The notes beneath the pieces are model-generated. The model ran no database searches. It had not been told where the DNA came from and saw only the letters and a list, made by a program, of their open reading frames with translations. 64,000 bases of DNA, from contig JALHPE010000002.1 of NCBI GenBank assembly GCA_022842645.1, forward strand, positions 149,047 through 213,046. Reading direction: 5' to 3'. Of the stretch, positions 55,091 through 64,000 are shown piece by piece. The first letter of the stretch is position 1; every line of letters begins with the position of its first letter. A program made the translations under genes and the position numbers. Origin of the DNA: Minisyncoccota bacterium. GTDB taxonomy: Bacteria; Patescibacteriota; Minisyncoccia; Phycocordibacterales; UBA2100.

Positions 55091-55783
55091 GTGACCGACT
55101 ACCCCATGCGCATCAATAAGTATCTCGCGCACAAGAATCTCTGTACGCGCCGCGAGGCGGACACGCTCATTTCCGCAGGAAAAGTGCTTATAAATGGTTC
55201 TCCGGCAAAGCTCGGCGACAAGGTTAATGAGAAAGACGACGTGCAGGTGCGCTTTCGTGTAAAGAACTATCGCTACTACGCCTACCACAAAACTCGTGGC
55301 GTCATCACCCACTCTGCACAAGAAGGAGAAAAAGAAATTGCCGATGTTTCTCCCGTGAAAGGAGTCTTCCCTGTTGGTCGGCTCGACAAAGATTCGAGCG
55401 GACTCATTATCCTCACCGACGACGGGAGAATTACCGACAAACTTCTGAACCCTGAATATGTTCACGAAAAAGAATACATCGTCACCACGAAAGAACCATT
55501 AAAGTCGAATTTTAAAGAGCGCATGGAGCGCGGTGTTGATATTGAGGGGTACAAAACTAAAGAATGTAGGGTGGAAATGCTTGGTGAGAAACGCTTTTCC
55601 GTCGTGCTTACTGAGGGCAAGAAGCACCAAATCCGCCGCATGTGCGCAGCGCTCGGGTATGTTGTCGCATCACTTGAGCGCGTGCGCATCATGAACATCC
55701 ACATCTCGGGACTGAAAGCTGGAAGCCACCGCCCAATTACGGGCTCGGAACTCTCTGCGTTTCTTAAATCTCTCGGCTTCTAA
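55091..55783 (+). CDS. rRNA pseudouridine synthase (RsuA/RluF family)
   Basis: S4 domain, GRLDKDSSGL, EGKKHQIRRM. Confidence 0.92.
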   Translation: MTDYPMRINKYLAHKNLCTRREADTLISAGKVLINGSPAKLGDKVNEKDDVQVRFRVKNYRYYAYHKTRGVITHSAQEGEKEIADVSPVKGVFPVGRLDKDSSGLIILTDDGRITDKLLNPEYVHEKEYIVTTKEPLKSNFKERMERGVDIEGYKTKECRVEMLGEKRFSVVLTEGKKHQIRRMCAALGYVVASLERVRIMNIHISGLKAGSHRPITGSELSAFLKSLGF

Positions 55784-57244
55784 TCACTTCGCCAAATCGA
55801 GCGTTTCGTCGATGCGGATCTGCTTCACAAATTCGGGAACGTGCGAGACGAGTATCATCGCCCCCTCGAACTGATCAAGTGCTTTTGCGATAACGGGCAA
55901 GTGCCGAAAATTCATGTGATTTGTTGGTTCATCGAGAATAAGAAGCCCGGGGCGTAGGAGCACGAGTCTCGCAAGCGCGACAAGCCCCTTCTGCCCTTCC
56001 GAAAGATGCCCAATCTTCGCGTGGATCATTTCCGGTGAGATGAGAAAGCCTGCTGCCGTTGCTCGCAATTTCTCTTCAATCTCAAGCTTCATCACCTTCG
56101 CTAGTTCTTGGTACACCGTTGCTTCAAAATCAAGGTTGGAGAAATCTTGGCGGTAATACCCGACGCGGATGCCGCGCAGTATTTTTGCTCCTTCCGCACT
56201 TCCGCCCGCAATTGATTCGAGGAGCGTTGATTTTCCAATACCATTAGGACCCGTGAGGAGAAGGTGCGTATTTTTCTTGAGCTCAATGTTTTTTGTATGC
56301 GTCTTCGGCTTGTGATCTTTCAAGGTTGTGTACGAGGTAATCATGAGGATGGGACCGGAGAGATCTTCTTGTGCGGGAATAAGAAATGGCTTGATGGTTT
56401 TATCTTCCTTGCGCACATCCACAACATCCTCTTCTGCCTCTTCAATCTTGGTGCGCATTTTTTTCGCAACAAGACGCATCTTGCCTCCTTTTTGTGCAAA
56501 GAAGTTCATCTTCTCTTTGCTTGCGGCAATGGTTTTCTCCAGCTGTGCGTTTTTCATGTTTTCCTTCTCCACGCGCGCCGAGATATCACGAAGCACATTC
56601 GAGTAGTTCCCCACATACTGCTCCACCTTGTGCGTATGCACATCGAGATAGAGAACACCCTGCGTGAAAGAATTTAGGAATTCTGCATCGTGCGAAATGA
56701 CGATGACAGTCTTTTGGTAGTCGATGAGGAATTGTGTGAGATGTTTGATGCCCTCTTTGTCGAGATTGTTCGTCGGTTCGTCGAGGAGAAGAAGGTCGGG
56801 AATCTGAATAAGCGCAGAGGCAAGAAGAAGCCGCGCCTGCTGGCCGCCGGAAAACGACTTTATGATGCGCTCATGCATTTTTGCATGACCCTTCAAATTA
56901 ACGACCTCAAGAGCTTCATCGATGCGCGGATCAATGTCGTACACTTTTTCAGGAAACATTTTTTGGAAAAATTCGCGTACCGTGAGATCCATTTCGGCGC
57001 GTGGGATCACTTGTCGCGCCGTGGCTATCGAGAGCTTACCCTGTCTATGTATCTTCCCGCTCTCAGGGACTATCTCCCCCGTCATTAATTTGAATATGGT
57101 GCTTTTCCCTGCGCCGTTCTGGCCCATGAGTGTAATTTTTGAGCCGCGACGTATGGAAAAACTTGCCTCTAGGAGGATGGGTTTGCGTGGTCCGAATTCG
57201 TGTGAGACGTCTTCGAAGCGTAGTATAGTTTCGTCTTTTGACAT
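55784..57244 (-). CDS. ABC-F family ATPase
   Basis: Two ABC domains (GQNGAGKST/DEPTNNLD; GPNGIGKST/DEPTNH); no TM. Confidence 0.9.
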   Translation of the reverse strand: MSKDETILRFEDVSHEFGPRKPILLEASFSIRRGSKITLMGQNGAGKSTIFKLMTGEIVPESGKIHRQGKLSIATARQVIPRAEMDLTVREFFQKMFPEKVYDIDPRIDEALEVVNLKGHAKMHERIIKSFSGGQQARLLLASALIQIPDLLLLDEPTNNLDKEGIKHLTQFLIDYQKTVIVISHDAEFLNSFTQGVLYLDVHTHKVEQYVGNYSNVLRDISARVEKENMKNAQLEKTIAASKEKMNFFAQKGGKMRLVAKKMRTKIEEAEEDVVDVRKEDKTIKPFLIPAQEDLSGPILMITSYTTLKDHKPKTHTKNIELKKNTHLLLTGPNGIGKSTLLESIAGGSAEGAKILRGIRVGYYRQDFSNLDFEATVYQELAKVMKLEIEEKLRATAAGFLISPEMIHAKIGHLSEGQKGLVALARLVLLRPGLLILDEPTNHMNFRHLPVIAKALDQFEGAMILVSHVPEFVKQIRIDETLDLAK

Positions 57245-57297
57245 TGTGGCACCTTACCATGCATCGCGTAGTACTGGGAGATACGCAAAAACTTTTA

Positions 57298-57546
57298 TCA
57301 AAGCACCTGGCTTCTGACAAGTGTTATTTTCTGAGACCGTGATAGTTTTTTAATTGCCGCTTCGCGCTTCGATGCACTGCTTCGGTTTCGTTTTCGTTCG
57401 AGATACATGATTGTTCCCGCACGTTTTGCACGCGTATATTTTGCTCCTTTCCCGCGTTTATGTTCATCGAGTCGGCGCACTACATCGGTCGTTATACCGC
57501 AGTAGAGCGAGCCATCGTTGCATTTGAGAAGATAGACGAAATACAT
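57298..57546 (-). CDS. small GIY-YIG nuclease family protein
   Basis: YFVYLLKCNDGSLYCGITTD..RRL.EH..GKGAKYTR. Confidence 0.9.
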   Translation of the reverse strand: MYFVYLLKCNDGSLYCGITTDVVRRLDEHKRGKGAKYTRAKRAGTIMYLERKRNRSSASKREAAIKKLSRSQKITLVRSQVL

Positions 57547-57841
57547 ACTGCGCCTGTATCAATAGATTACTACTTTTGCTGAACCTGTATATGAACTACT
57601 GGGGAAGAATGATGCGGAGCATCTTTCTTCCGGTTTTTCCAGTCACGCATATTCGCCTGGTGACGAATTGCGCGACCCCATCTCGGCGCCGTCGCGCCTG
57701 CGATCTTGCGAAGTTGCTCAGCAACTTCTCACCTTCCTCCACGGGAAAACAAGATGTTTTCCCGACCCCTTTCTCGTTCGAATCCAGGTCGGAGTGTGCG
57801 CAGGCACACTCCTTCCGGCAATAAAACGCCATGCTCTTTTA

Positions 57842-57912
57842 TTGCCGGACCTGGATTCGAACCAGGATAGAGAGCTTCAAAGGCTCCAGTCCTACCATTA
57901 GACGATCCGGCA
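57842..57912 (-). tRNA. tRNA-Gln (TTG)
   Basis: TGCCGGATCGTCTAATGGTAGGACTGGAGC-CTTTGAA-GCTCTCTATCCTGGTTCGAATCCAGGTCCGGCAA. Confidence 0.93.
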
Positions 57913-57933
57913 GCTAATCCGCCTTATAGTGCC

Positions 57934-58986
57934 CTACTTCTCACTCGACTTCAAATTACTCTGCGTACTATCAATAATCGCCATCTCGAGCGGGAGGTGC
58001 GGCACGGCTGCGTAGGTCATGGTCGCGTATGCCTCAAGAATTGTACGGAGCATATCGGAATTGACGCTCGGAAGTTTTGCAAGCCCTTGAGCGAACACAA
58101 CATCCTCAGCGGAAAGCTCTTTCGCAAACGAATCGGCTAATTCTGGCGCATAGCGCATGAGGAGTGCCACGCGAAGGCGATGAATGAGAAGCCGTGCTAA
58201 GACGCGCATGTCGAGATTATCGTGCACAGCACTCTCTAGAGCTGCAAGCGCAGCTGCAGTATCTCCGTGCGCAATTGAGCCAAGAATTTGGCGCACCACT
58301 TCGCTTTTTGGGGCACCCGTCACTTTGAGAGCCTCCTCCACGCTCACTTTCTTATCCGATGAAATGGTGAGGATCTTCTGCAAAATAGAGAGTGCGTCAC
58401 GAAACGAGCCGTCTGCTAGCATAGCTACCAATTCTGCAGAACCACGCTCCATGCTAAAGCCCTCCTTCTGTGCGATATCGGTCACAATTTCTGCGAGCAT
58501 TTCGCGTGTAGGCTGCTTGAAGGTATACACTTCACAACGCGATTGAATAGTGTCGGGCACTTTCTCACGCTCGGTTGTTGCGAGAATAAAAAGGGCGTGC
58601 GCAGGTGGCTCTTCGAGTGTCTTCAAAAACGCATTCCACGCCTCTTTGGTGAGCATATGCGCCTCGTCAACGATGTAGCACTTATAGGGGCTCTCAAACG
58701 GTATGGCGTAGACTCCCTCACGAAGTTCGCGCATTTCGTTAATGCCACGATTGGAAGCAGCATCAATTTCATACAAATCTTTTTCACTCACCCCAAGCTC
58801 ACGCGCAAAGATGCGCGCCACAGTCGTCTTCCCCGTCCCTCGCCCGCCATGAAAAAGATAGGCATGTCCGATCTTTTTATTCTTAATTGCTGCTTTGAGA
58901 GTCTCCGTCACCTGCTCTTGGCCGCGCACACTTCCCCATTCTTGAGGGCGATAGGCACGATAGAGCGTTTGGTGTATCGTTTTCAT
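57934..58986 (-). CDS. dnaX: DNA polymerase III subunit gamma/tau (short)
   Basis: LYRAYRP, GGRGTGKTT, EIDAASNRG, DEAHML, TIQSRC. Confidence 0.95.
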   Translation of the reverse strand: MKTIHQTLYRAYRPQEWGSVRGQEQVTETLKAAIKNKKIGHAYLFHGGRGTGKTTVARIFARELGVSEKDLYEIDAASNRGINEMRELREGVYAIPFESPYKCYIVDEAHMLTKEAWNAFLKTLEEPPAHALFILATTEREKVPDTIQSRCEVYTFKQPTREMLAEIVTDIAQKEGFSMERGSAELVAMLADGSFRDALSILQKILTISSDKKVSVEEALKVTGAPKSEVVRQILGSIAHGDTAAALAALESAVHDNLDMRVLARLLIHRLRVALLMRYAPELADSFAKELSAEDVVFAQGLAKLPSVNSDMLRTILEAYATMTYAAVPHLPLEMAIIDSTQSNLKSSEK

Positions 58987-59069
58987 GCGAGCAGTATACC
59001 CCCACATGTATGCGAAAAATAGGTGCGAGAGTACAAGAAGCGGCGTGCCTTGTCGACACGCCGCTACCA

Positions 59070-59585
59070 TCAGAATCCAAGCTGCTTCCTCAACTCAGGA
59101 TCGTTTTTCATCATACGACGAAGGAGGTTTCTGTCCCTGTGCATACAGCGCGCGACAAAACACACGGTGAGCTGCTTCCCTGGGTAGAGTACGCGAAGCC
59201 ACTTTACACGATTCACAATACGATGGCGATGCAACGCAGTTGTCTTCACAACGCATAAACCTTCGCAGATTGACGCCTCGTGACGTTTCAACCAATTACG
59301 TACAGTATTCTCACTCGCTTTCGAGAGTACTGCCACTCTACGTAGAGTAACGAGTACATCGCGTTCCGCGAGAAGCCGCATACTATCAACGTATGCACCA
59401 TCAAGCGGCTTGCGTCGTACCACACCAAGCTCCTGAGCAAGTCCAGTAACTCGCGTAACATAGTTACGTGCAGTTTCAATGGTGACTCCCACCTCTAAAG
59501 CAAGATGATCAATGGTCACCTCTGTGCCTTTACCGCGAAGTGAATGACTTGCTCTTCGCAGTGCAGCGATCGAGACTTTTTCCAT
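59070..59585 (-). CDS. hypothetical protein with HTH-like repeats
   Basis: Basic ORF with LALEVGVTIETARNY and VAVLSKASENTVRNW. Confidence 0.5.
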   Translation of the reverse strand: MEKVSIAALRRASHSLRGKGTEVTIDHLALEVGVTIETARNYVTRVTGLAQELGVVRRKPLDGAYVDSMRLLAERDVLVTLRRVAVLSKASENTVRNWLKRHEASICEGLCVVKTTALHRHRIVNRVKWLRVLYPGKQLTVCFVARCMHRDRNLLRRMMKNDPELRKQLGF

Positions 59586-59624
59586 ACACACAACCTTTCA
59601 TTTCAGGGTTTTTCTCAAAGAACA

Positions 59625-60581
59625 TTAATCGATTGAGGTAAGAATTTCAAGCGCCATTCGTGCATTAGAAGCCTCCATCATTTTCGCACGCAACTCCTTC
59701 GCATGATCCCAACCCGAAAGATACGCCTTAAAATGCTTTTTCATAGTGGCAAAATTTGAGGTCTCTCCCAACAGTTCGTCAAAAAGACGGATGTGCTCTG
59801 CCAAAGCTTCGATCCGCTCTTGCGGTGAGGGTGGTGCTGCACGATCGGCATAGAGCCATGGGTTGCCATAAATCGCACGGCCGAGCATAACACCGTCGCA
59901 GCCAGTCGCTTCGGCTTTTGTGCGCGCGTCAGTAAGATCTATGACATCACCGTTACCAGTGAGGCGTGTTTCCGGACTCACGCGATCACGAATCGCAAGT
60001 GCGCGCGGAACGGCATCCCAATGCGCCGGCACAAGGGACATTTCTTTGCGCGTGCGCAAATGGAGTGTCAGATTCGCTATTTTTTCTGCCAACAGTTCTG
60101 GAAGCCAAGCATCCATTTCATCGACGTTGTACCCCATGCGCGTCTTCACAGATATTGGGAGGTGCGGCGCACCACGTCGTGCGGCACGAATAAGCTCTCG
60201 CGCGAGTTTTGGTGTTTTAATAAGTGCCGCGCCGCAACCGCTCTTCTCAACAGCTTTGTCGGGGCAGCCCATATTGATATCAATGCCATCAAAACCAAGA
60301 TCAGCCACGATCGATGCAGCTTTTTCCATGCGCTCAGGGATGGCGGAAAAAAGTTGCGCAACAATCGGCCGCTCCTCTGGCACAAACATGAGTTTCGTCC
60401 GCAGTACTTTCTGGCCATGTTCTGGGGCAAGCACGAGTCCATCCGCAGAAGTAAATTCCGTGAAAAAGACATGGGGTTTACCAAAACGCACAATAAGCCG
60501 CCGGAACGCAGCGTCTGTCACATCCTCCATTGGTGCTTGTATGAAAAACGGACGTGGCAATTGTCCCCAAAATCCGAGCAT
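59625..60581 (-). CDS. dus: tRNA-dihydrouridine synthase
   Basis: APMEDVTD..FR, IDINMGCP, NGDV, GVMLGR.IYGNPW. Confidence 0.92.
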   Translation of the reverse strand: MLGFWGQLPRPFFIQAPMEDVTDAAFRRLIVRFGKPHVFFTEFTSADGLVLAPEHGQKVLRTKLMFVPEERPIVAQLFSAIPERMEKAASIVADLGFDGIDINMGCPDKAVEKSGCGAALIKTPKLARELIRAARRGAPHLPISVKTRMGYNVDEMDAWLPELLAEKIANLTLHLRTRKEMSLVPAHWDAVPRALAIRDRVSPETRLTGNGDVIDLTDARTKAEATGCDGVMLGRAIYGNPWLYADRAAPPSPQERIEALAEHIRLFDELLGETSNFATMKKHFKAYLSGWDHAKELRAKMMEASNARMALEILTSID

Positions 60582-60682
60582 GGTTAGTACCATATCACCC
60601 TTGCGCATGTACGCGAACTGTTGCAGGATGAGGCAAGAGAAACGAAGCGGTCACGAAAACCGCCTAACCCGAGGAGACTGCA

Positions 60683-60904
60683 ATGTGCGGATTCGACGAA
60701 CTGGAAGAACACCTTAAACCTCCCCAAGACAATAGAAGACCGCTTCAAGATGTGGCCGGGGAAGAGATGATTTTCTTCCAAGAGGATGATCACAAACCAC
60801 ACCAGGAGTGGTCATGGTCGTCCTTCGGAGCAGCGGCCTATGATGTGCTTGAAATTGTGCTTATGCCGTTTCGAGCACTGATGCGGCTGATGCCACGAGC
60901 CTAG
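60683..60904 (+). CDS. small hypothetical protein
   Basis: SD GAGGAG; 73 aa. Confidence 0.5.
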   Translation: MCGFDELEEHLKPPQDNRRPLQDVAGEEMIFFQEDDHKPHQEWSWSSFGAAAYDVLEIVLMPFRALMRLMPRA

Positions 60905-60922
60905 AAACGTAAAAAGCGGCGA

Positions 60923-61846
60923 CTACAAATCGCCGCTTTCGTTTTGCACACTTTCACTTTGATTTTCAAATGTGTAGTACACCTTATTACCAAAACGGAG
61001 ATCGAGAGACACAAGTTCACCCTGTCTTCCCTCTAACGCTTCGCTCTGGAGTGCGTTTTTTAGATTACGCACGGCAGCTGTATCTGCGCCTTCAAACGAG
61101 AAAACGGCGGTAAATCCTGGTTCGAGGGTCACCGAAAAGTCTTTATCATTTTCTATCGTAATTTCGCGAGGTGGGAATCCTTCGGCGGTGAGAATCTCAA
61201 GAAATGTGCGCATGGGGTCAAACCGACCTTGCAAAAATCTCTGGCCAATCGGTGGTGTATCGGGGAAGAGTCCTCCACGAAAAAGGTACCCCGAAAGAAC
61301 ATCATTCCCTTCCGCAAAGATAAAGCCCTCGTCATCCATAAAGAAGCACGAGCCCCGACCGCACCAGAGCGCAAAAGATTCGCGTTCGCGCACTGTGATG
61401 TTAAGGGCTTGCGCCATGAGAGATGTGCGTGAGATCTGGACAAACTCAACGCGCGGAAATTGTTGATACAGGATTGCTTCAATATGCTCTTGGGGGTACA
61501 AAAAAATGTTTCGTTTCGAAAAAAGCGAGAACCACTCTTCTGAAAGGATGGTGTCAGTTAATGAACGAATATCGCTCTCTGGTGTTCGCTCTGCGCCCGC
61601 AATAGAAATATCAGAAACTTGAAAGCGCTCGGCGCGCGAGGCATATGCAAGCCCAAGCACGAGGAGGGAGAGTACTAGTACAACCACAAGAAGTGCGATG
61701 AGACGTTGTTTGCGTCTTCGTGCTTTGAGCCGCGGCTGTTTGGGCGCGGAAAAGAGCGGGGCCATGCGCGTTTGCGCACGCACACGGCTTAACGCGGGTT
61801 TCGCGCTTTTCCGAATATCAAGAACGTTGCGTGTGTAAGATGACAT
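60923..61846 (-). CDS. FtsQ/DivIB-like POTRA protein
   Basis: Basic N-tail, single TM, POTRA-like region, C-terminal LDLRFGNKVYY. Confidence 0.7.
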   Translation of the reverse strand: MSSYTRNVLDIRKSAKPALSRVRAQTRMAPLFSAPKQPRLKARRRKQRLIALLVVVLVLSLLVLGLAYASRAERFQVSDISIAGAERTPESDIRSLTDTILSEEWFSLFSKRNIFLYPQEHIEAILYQQFPRVEFVQISRTSLMAQALNITVRERESFALWCGRGSCFFMDDEGFIFAEGNDVLSGYLFRGGLFPDTPPIGQRFLQGRFDPMRTFLEILTAEGFPPREITIENDKDFSVTLEPGFTAVFSFEGADTAAVRNLKNALQSEALEGRQGELVSLDLRFGNKVYYTFENQSESVQNESGDL

Positions 61847-63098
61847 CTTTCCCTATATAGCCCCTCAGGACTTCCGGCACTGCAATAGAGCCGTCGGCCT
61901 CTTGATTGTTTTCAACGATGTGCGCGAGAATGCGCGGAAGTGCGAGTGCTGTGTTGTTGAGTGAGTGTACGAATTTCACGGTGCCATCCTCATCTCGATA
62001 TCGAATGTTGAGGCGGCGCGTCTGAAAATCGTGAAAATAGGATGAAGAATGCGTCTCACGATACCGCTTCTCTGATGGCATCCATGCCTCAATGTCGTAT
62101 TTCTTCACCTGCCCTAGACCAATGTCGCCCCCACAATTCACAACGACGTGATATGGAAGCTTCAACTCCTGCAAAAGTTTCTCAGAATTTTCGGTGAGCT
62201 CTTCATGGTGCTTAACACTCTCATCGTGACGCGCTTCACAGAGAATCACTTGTTCGTACTTCACAAACTCATGCACGCGGAAAATTCCTTTTTCATCCTT
62301 ACCATGCGAACCTGCTTCGCGACGGAAACAGGGACTAAACGCAAAATATTTTAGCGGCAAATCTTTTTTCTCCAGAATCTCATCCATAAAGTAGCCCATC
62401 ATGGCAACCTCTGCTGTGCCTGCGAGATAATCCCCGTCCTGCGTCTTGTAAAGATCGTCCTCGCTCTGTGGTAAATAGCCGGTGCCTACAAACGGTTCGC
62501 GACGCACAAGCGACGGCACGATAATAGGCTCAAAGCCTTCGCGATTCATAAAACGATCCTGCACGAAACGCTCAAGCGCCCAGACGAGGCGTACGCCATC
62601 GTTTTTCAAGAAGTAGCCGCGGAAGCCGGCAACCTTTGCACCACGCTCTGTGTCTACCATATCGTGCATCGCCAAAAGCTCGGCCGCGCTCTTAGGTTCA
62701 AATGAAAATGTCGGGATTTCACCCCACGTTTTTACCTCCTGATTGTCTGCATCGGATTCTCCTTCTGGCACTGAAAAATCGGGTACGTTTGGAACGCGCA
62801 CCATTAATGCGCGCCACTCCTGCATGATAGTTTCTAGTTCACCTTCTGCTGTCTGCATTACCTGCTTCACTTCGGCCATGCTTGCGATGAGCTTTTGTTT
62901 TTCCGCAGGATCACTGATCGAAACAATTTTCTGCGAAGCAGCGTTTTGCTCAGCACGCTTGTCATCAATGATTTTCTGAAGTTCTTTGCGCTTGTCGTCG
63001 AGGGAAATCAGGCGCTCGACATCCACCTCGATGTGTTTCTTTTTCGCGCCGGCAATGACAATGTCCTTATTCTCGCGGATGAATTTTATATCAAGCAT
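61818..63098 (-). CDS. serS: serine--tRNA ligase
   Basis: MLDIKFIREN, GTAEV, FRREAGS, HSLNNT. Confidence 0.97.
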   Translation of the reverse strand: MLDIKFIRENKDIVIAGAKKKHIEVDVERLISLDDKRKELQKIIDDKRAEQNAASQKIVSISDPAEKQKLIASMAEVKQVMQTAEGELETIMQEWRALMVRVPNVPDFSVPEGESDADNQEVKTWGEIPTFSFEPKSAAELLAMHDMVDTERGAKVAGFRGYFLKNDGVRLVWALERFVQDRFMNREGFEPIIVPSLVRREPFVGTGYLPQSEDDLYKTQDGDYLAGTAEVAMMGYFMDEILEKKDLPLKYFAFSPCFRREAGSHGKDEKGIFRVHEFVKYEQVILCEARHDESVKHHEELTENSEKLLQELKLPYHVVVNCGGDIGLGQVKKYDIEAWMPSEKRYRETHSSSYFHDFQTRRLNIRYRDEDGTVKFVHSLNNTALALPRILAHIVENNQEADGSIAVPEVLRGYIGKDVILHTQRS

Positions 63099-63110
63099 GG
63101 AAATAGTGTG

Positions 63111-63183
63111 TAGAGGGTAGTTTGTAGTGTGTAGTAATACAAAAACCCGACTTATTACTACAAACTACTTTCTACAAACTACA
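63111..63183. repeat. heptamer-based inverted repeat element, copy 2
   Basis: GTAGTTTGTAGTGTGTAGTAAT...ATTACTACAAACTACTTTCTACAAACTACA. Confidence 0.75.
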
Positions 63184-63203
63184 GACCGTGCAATCATAGC
63201 ACT

Positions 63204-64000
63204 ATGTCGAAAGAGCTCAAACAGCTCTCTGTTCTTAAATTTCCTCCCCTCCTCCACGAAATACCTGATGCACCAAAACGGTTATATGTGCGGGGGGAGC
63301 TGCCGAGTTTTGAAAAGAAATGGCTCGCGGTCGTGGGTGCACGCGCCCTTACGCCATACGGCAAACAAGCGTGTGAACATCTTGTTAAAGGACTTCGAGG
63401 CTACCCTATTGTAATCGTCTCTGGCCTCGCTTACGGTGCGGATGCGTGTGCGCATAAAGCTGCGCTTGAGGCAGGGCTCCCCACTGTTGCCGTCCCTGGC
63501 TCCGGACTTGATTGGAACGTGATGTATCCTCGCGCAAACGTCTCACTCGCACGAGAAATCATTGCCGAAGGCGGCGCGCACCTCTCTGAATTCGAGCCAG
63601 ATCAAAAAGCCGCTGATTACACGTTTCCCCAAAGAAACAGGATTATGGCGGGCATGTCACATGCGACACTCGTCATTGAGGCAAAAGAGCGCTCGGGCTC
63701 GCTCATTACCGCGCGTCTCGCCACTGAATACAACCGAGAACTTCTCGTCGTACCTGGCTCAATATTTAGCGAAACATCGCGCGGCACACATCAATTCTTA
63801 AAGCTCGGCGCAACGCCCGTAACCGAACCTGCAGACATTCTCCGTACGCTCAACCTCGATGCGGGACTTACGAAGTCCCACATACGTGACGATCTTTCAG
63901 AACATGAGCGCCGTGTCGTTGAAATTCTTGCCACGCCCTGTTCGCGCGACGAGCTCCTCGCAGGGCTTGAGATTCCTATTTCTGAAGCCAGCATTCTTCT
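63204..64000 (+). CDS. dprA: DNA-processing protein DprA (3' truncated by the window)
   Basis: Manual translation: LHEIPDAPKRLYVRG, AVVGAR..TPYG, IVSGLAYGAD..AH.AAL, FPQRNRIMAG, SGSLITA. Confidence 0.93.
   Translation, partial: MSKELKQLSVLKFPPLLHEIPDAPKRLYVRGELPSFEKKWLAVVGARALTPYGKQACEHLVKGLRGYPIVIVSGLAYGADACAHKAALEAGLPTVAVPGSGLDWNVMYPRANVSLAREIIAEGGAHLSEFEPDQKAADYTFPQRNRIMAGMSHATLVIEAKERSGSLITARLATEYNRELLVVPGSIFSETSRGTHQFLKLGATPVTEPADILRTLNLDAGLTKSHIRDDLSEHERRVVEILATPCSRDELLAGLEIPISEASIL

Noticed and set aside
57298-57546. GIY-YIG protein as a homing endonuclease or mobile element
   Set aside because: It is the common short stand-alone form, with no DNA-binding extension or intron context.

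Overview
A 64-kb chromosomal segment from a small-genome bacterium. Gene content, compact genes and intergenic palindromes suggest Patescibacteria/CPR (Parcubacteria-like); this is inference. Most genes are housekeeping genes on the minus strand: ahcY, mraZ-rsmH-ftsL-like-ftsI, murF, murB, ddl, uvrABC, tyrS, lysS, serS, msrA/msrB, obgE, dnaX, dus, plus dprA on +. There are three tRNAs (Glu-CTC, Ala-TGC, Gln-TTG). The standout accessory locus is at about 7490-9401. It reads: sigma70 promoter, boxA-like element, an approximately 560-nt highly structured region hiding two 47-codon ORFs, an XRE-family HTH gene, and an overlapping compact reverse transcriptase (YVDD). It resembles a divergent type VI-like retron or a new RT/ncRNA defence system, and lies near tRNA-Glu. 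Other notable items are a SipW/TasA-like filament cluster whose signal peptidase carries its own substrate-like motif, a Fur/Zur metal regulon with three 7-1-7 boxes, an orphan GcrA, a promoter/terminator-bounded candidate small RNA before tyrS, a covarying repeated hairpin family, antisense tRNA-end copies, and a pervasive TAnnnT-N6-ATG (leaderless) start architecture. No database searches were run. Calls rest on motif recognition and manual base-pair inspection.
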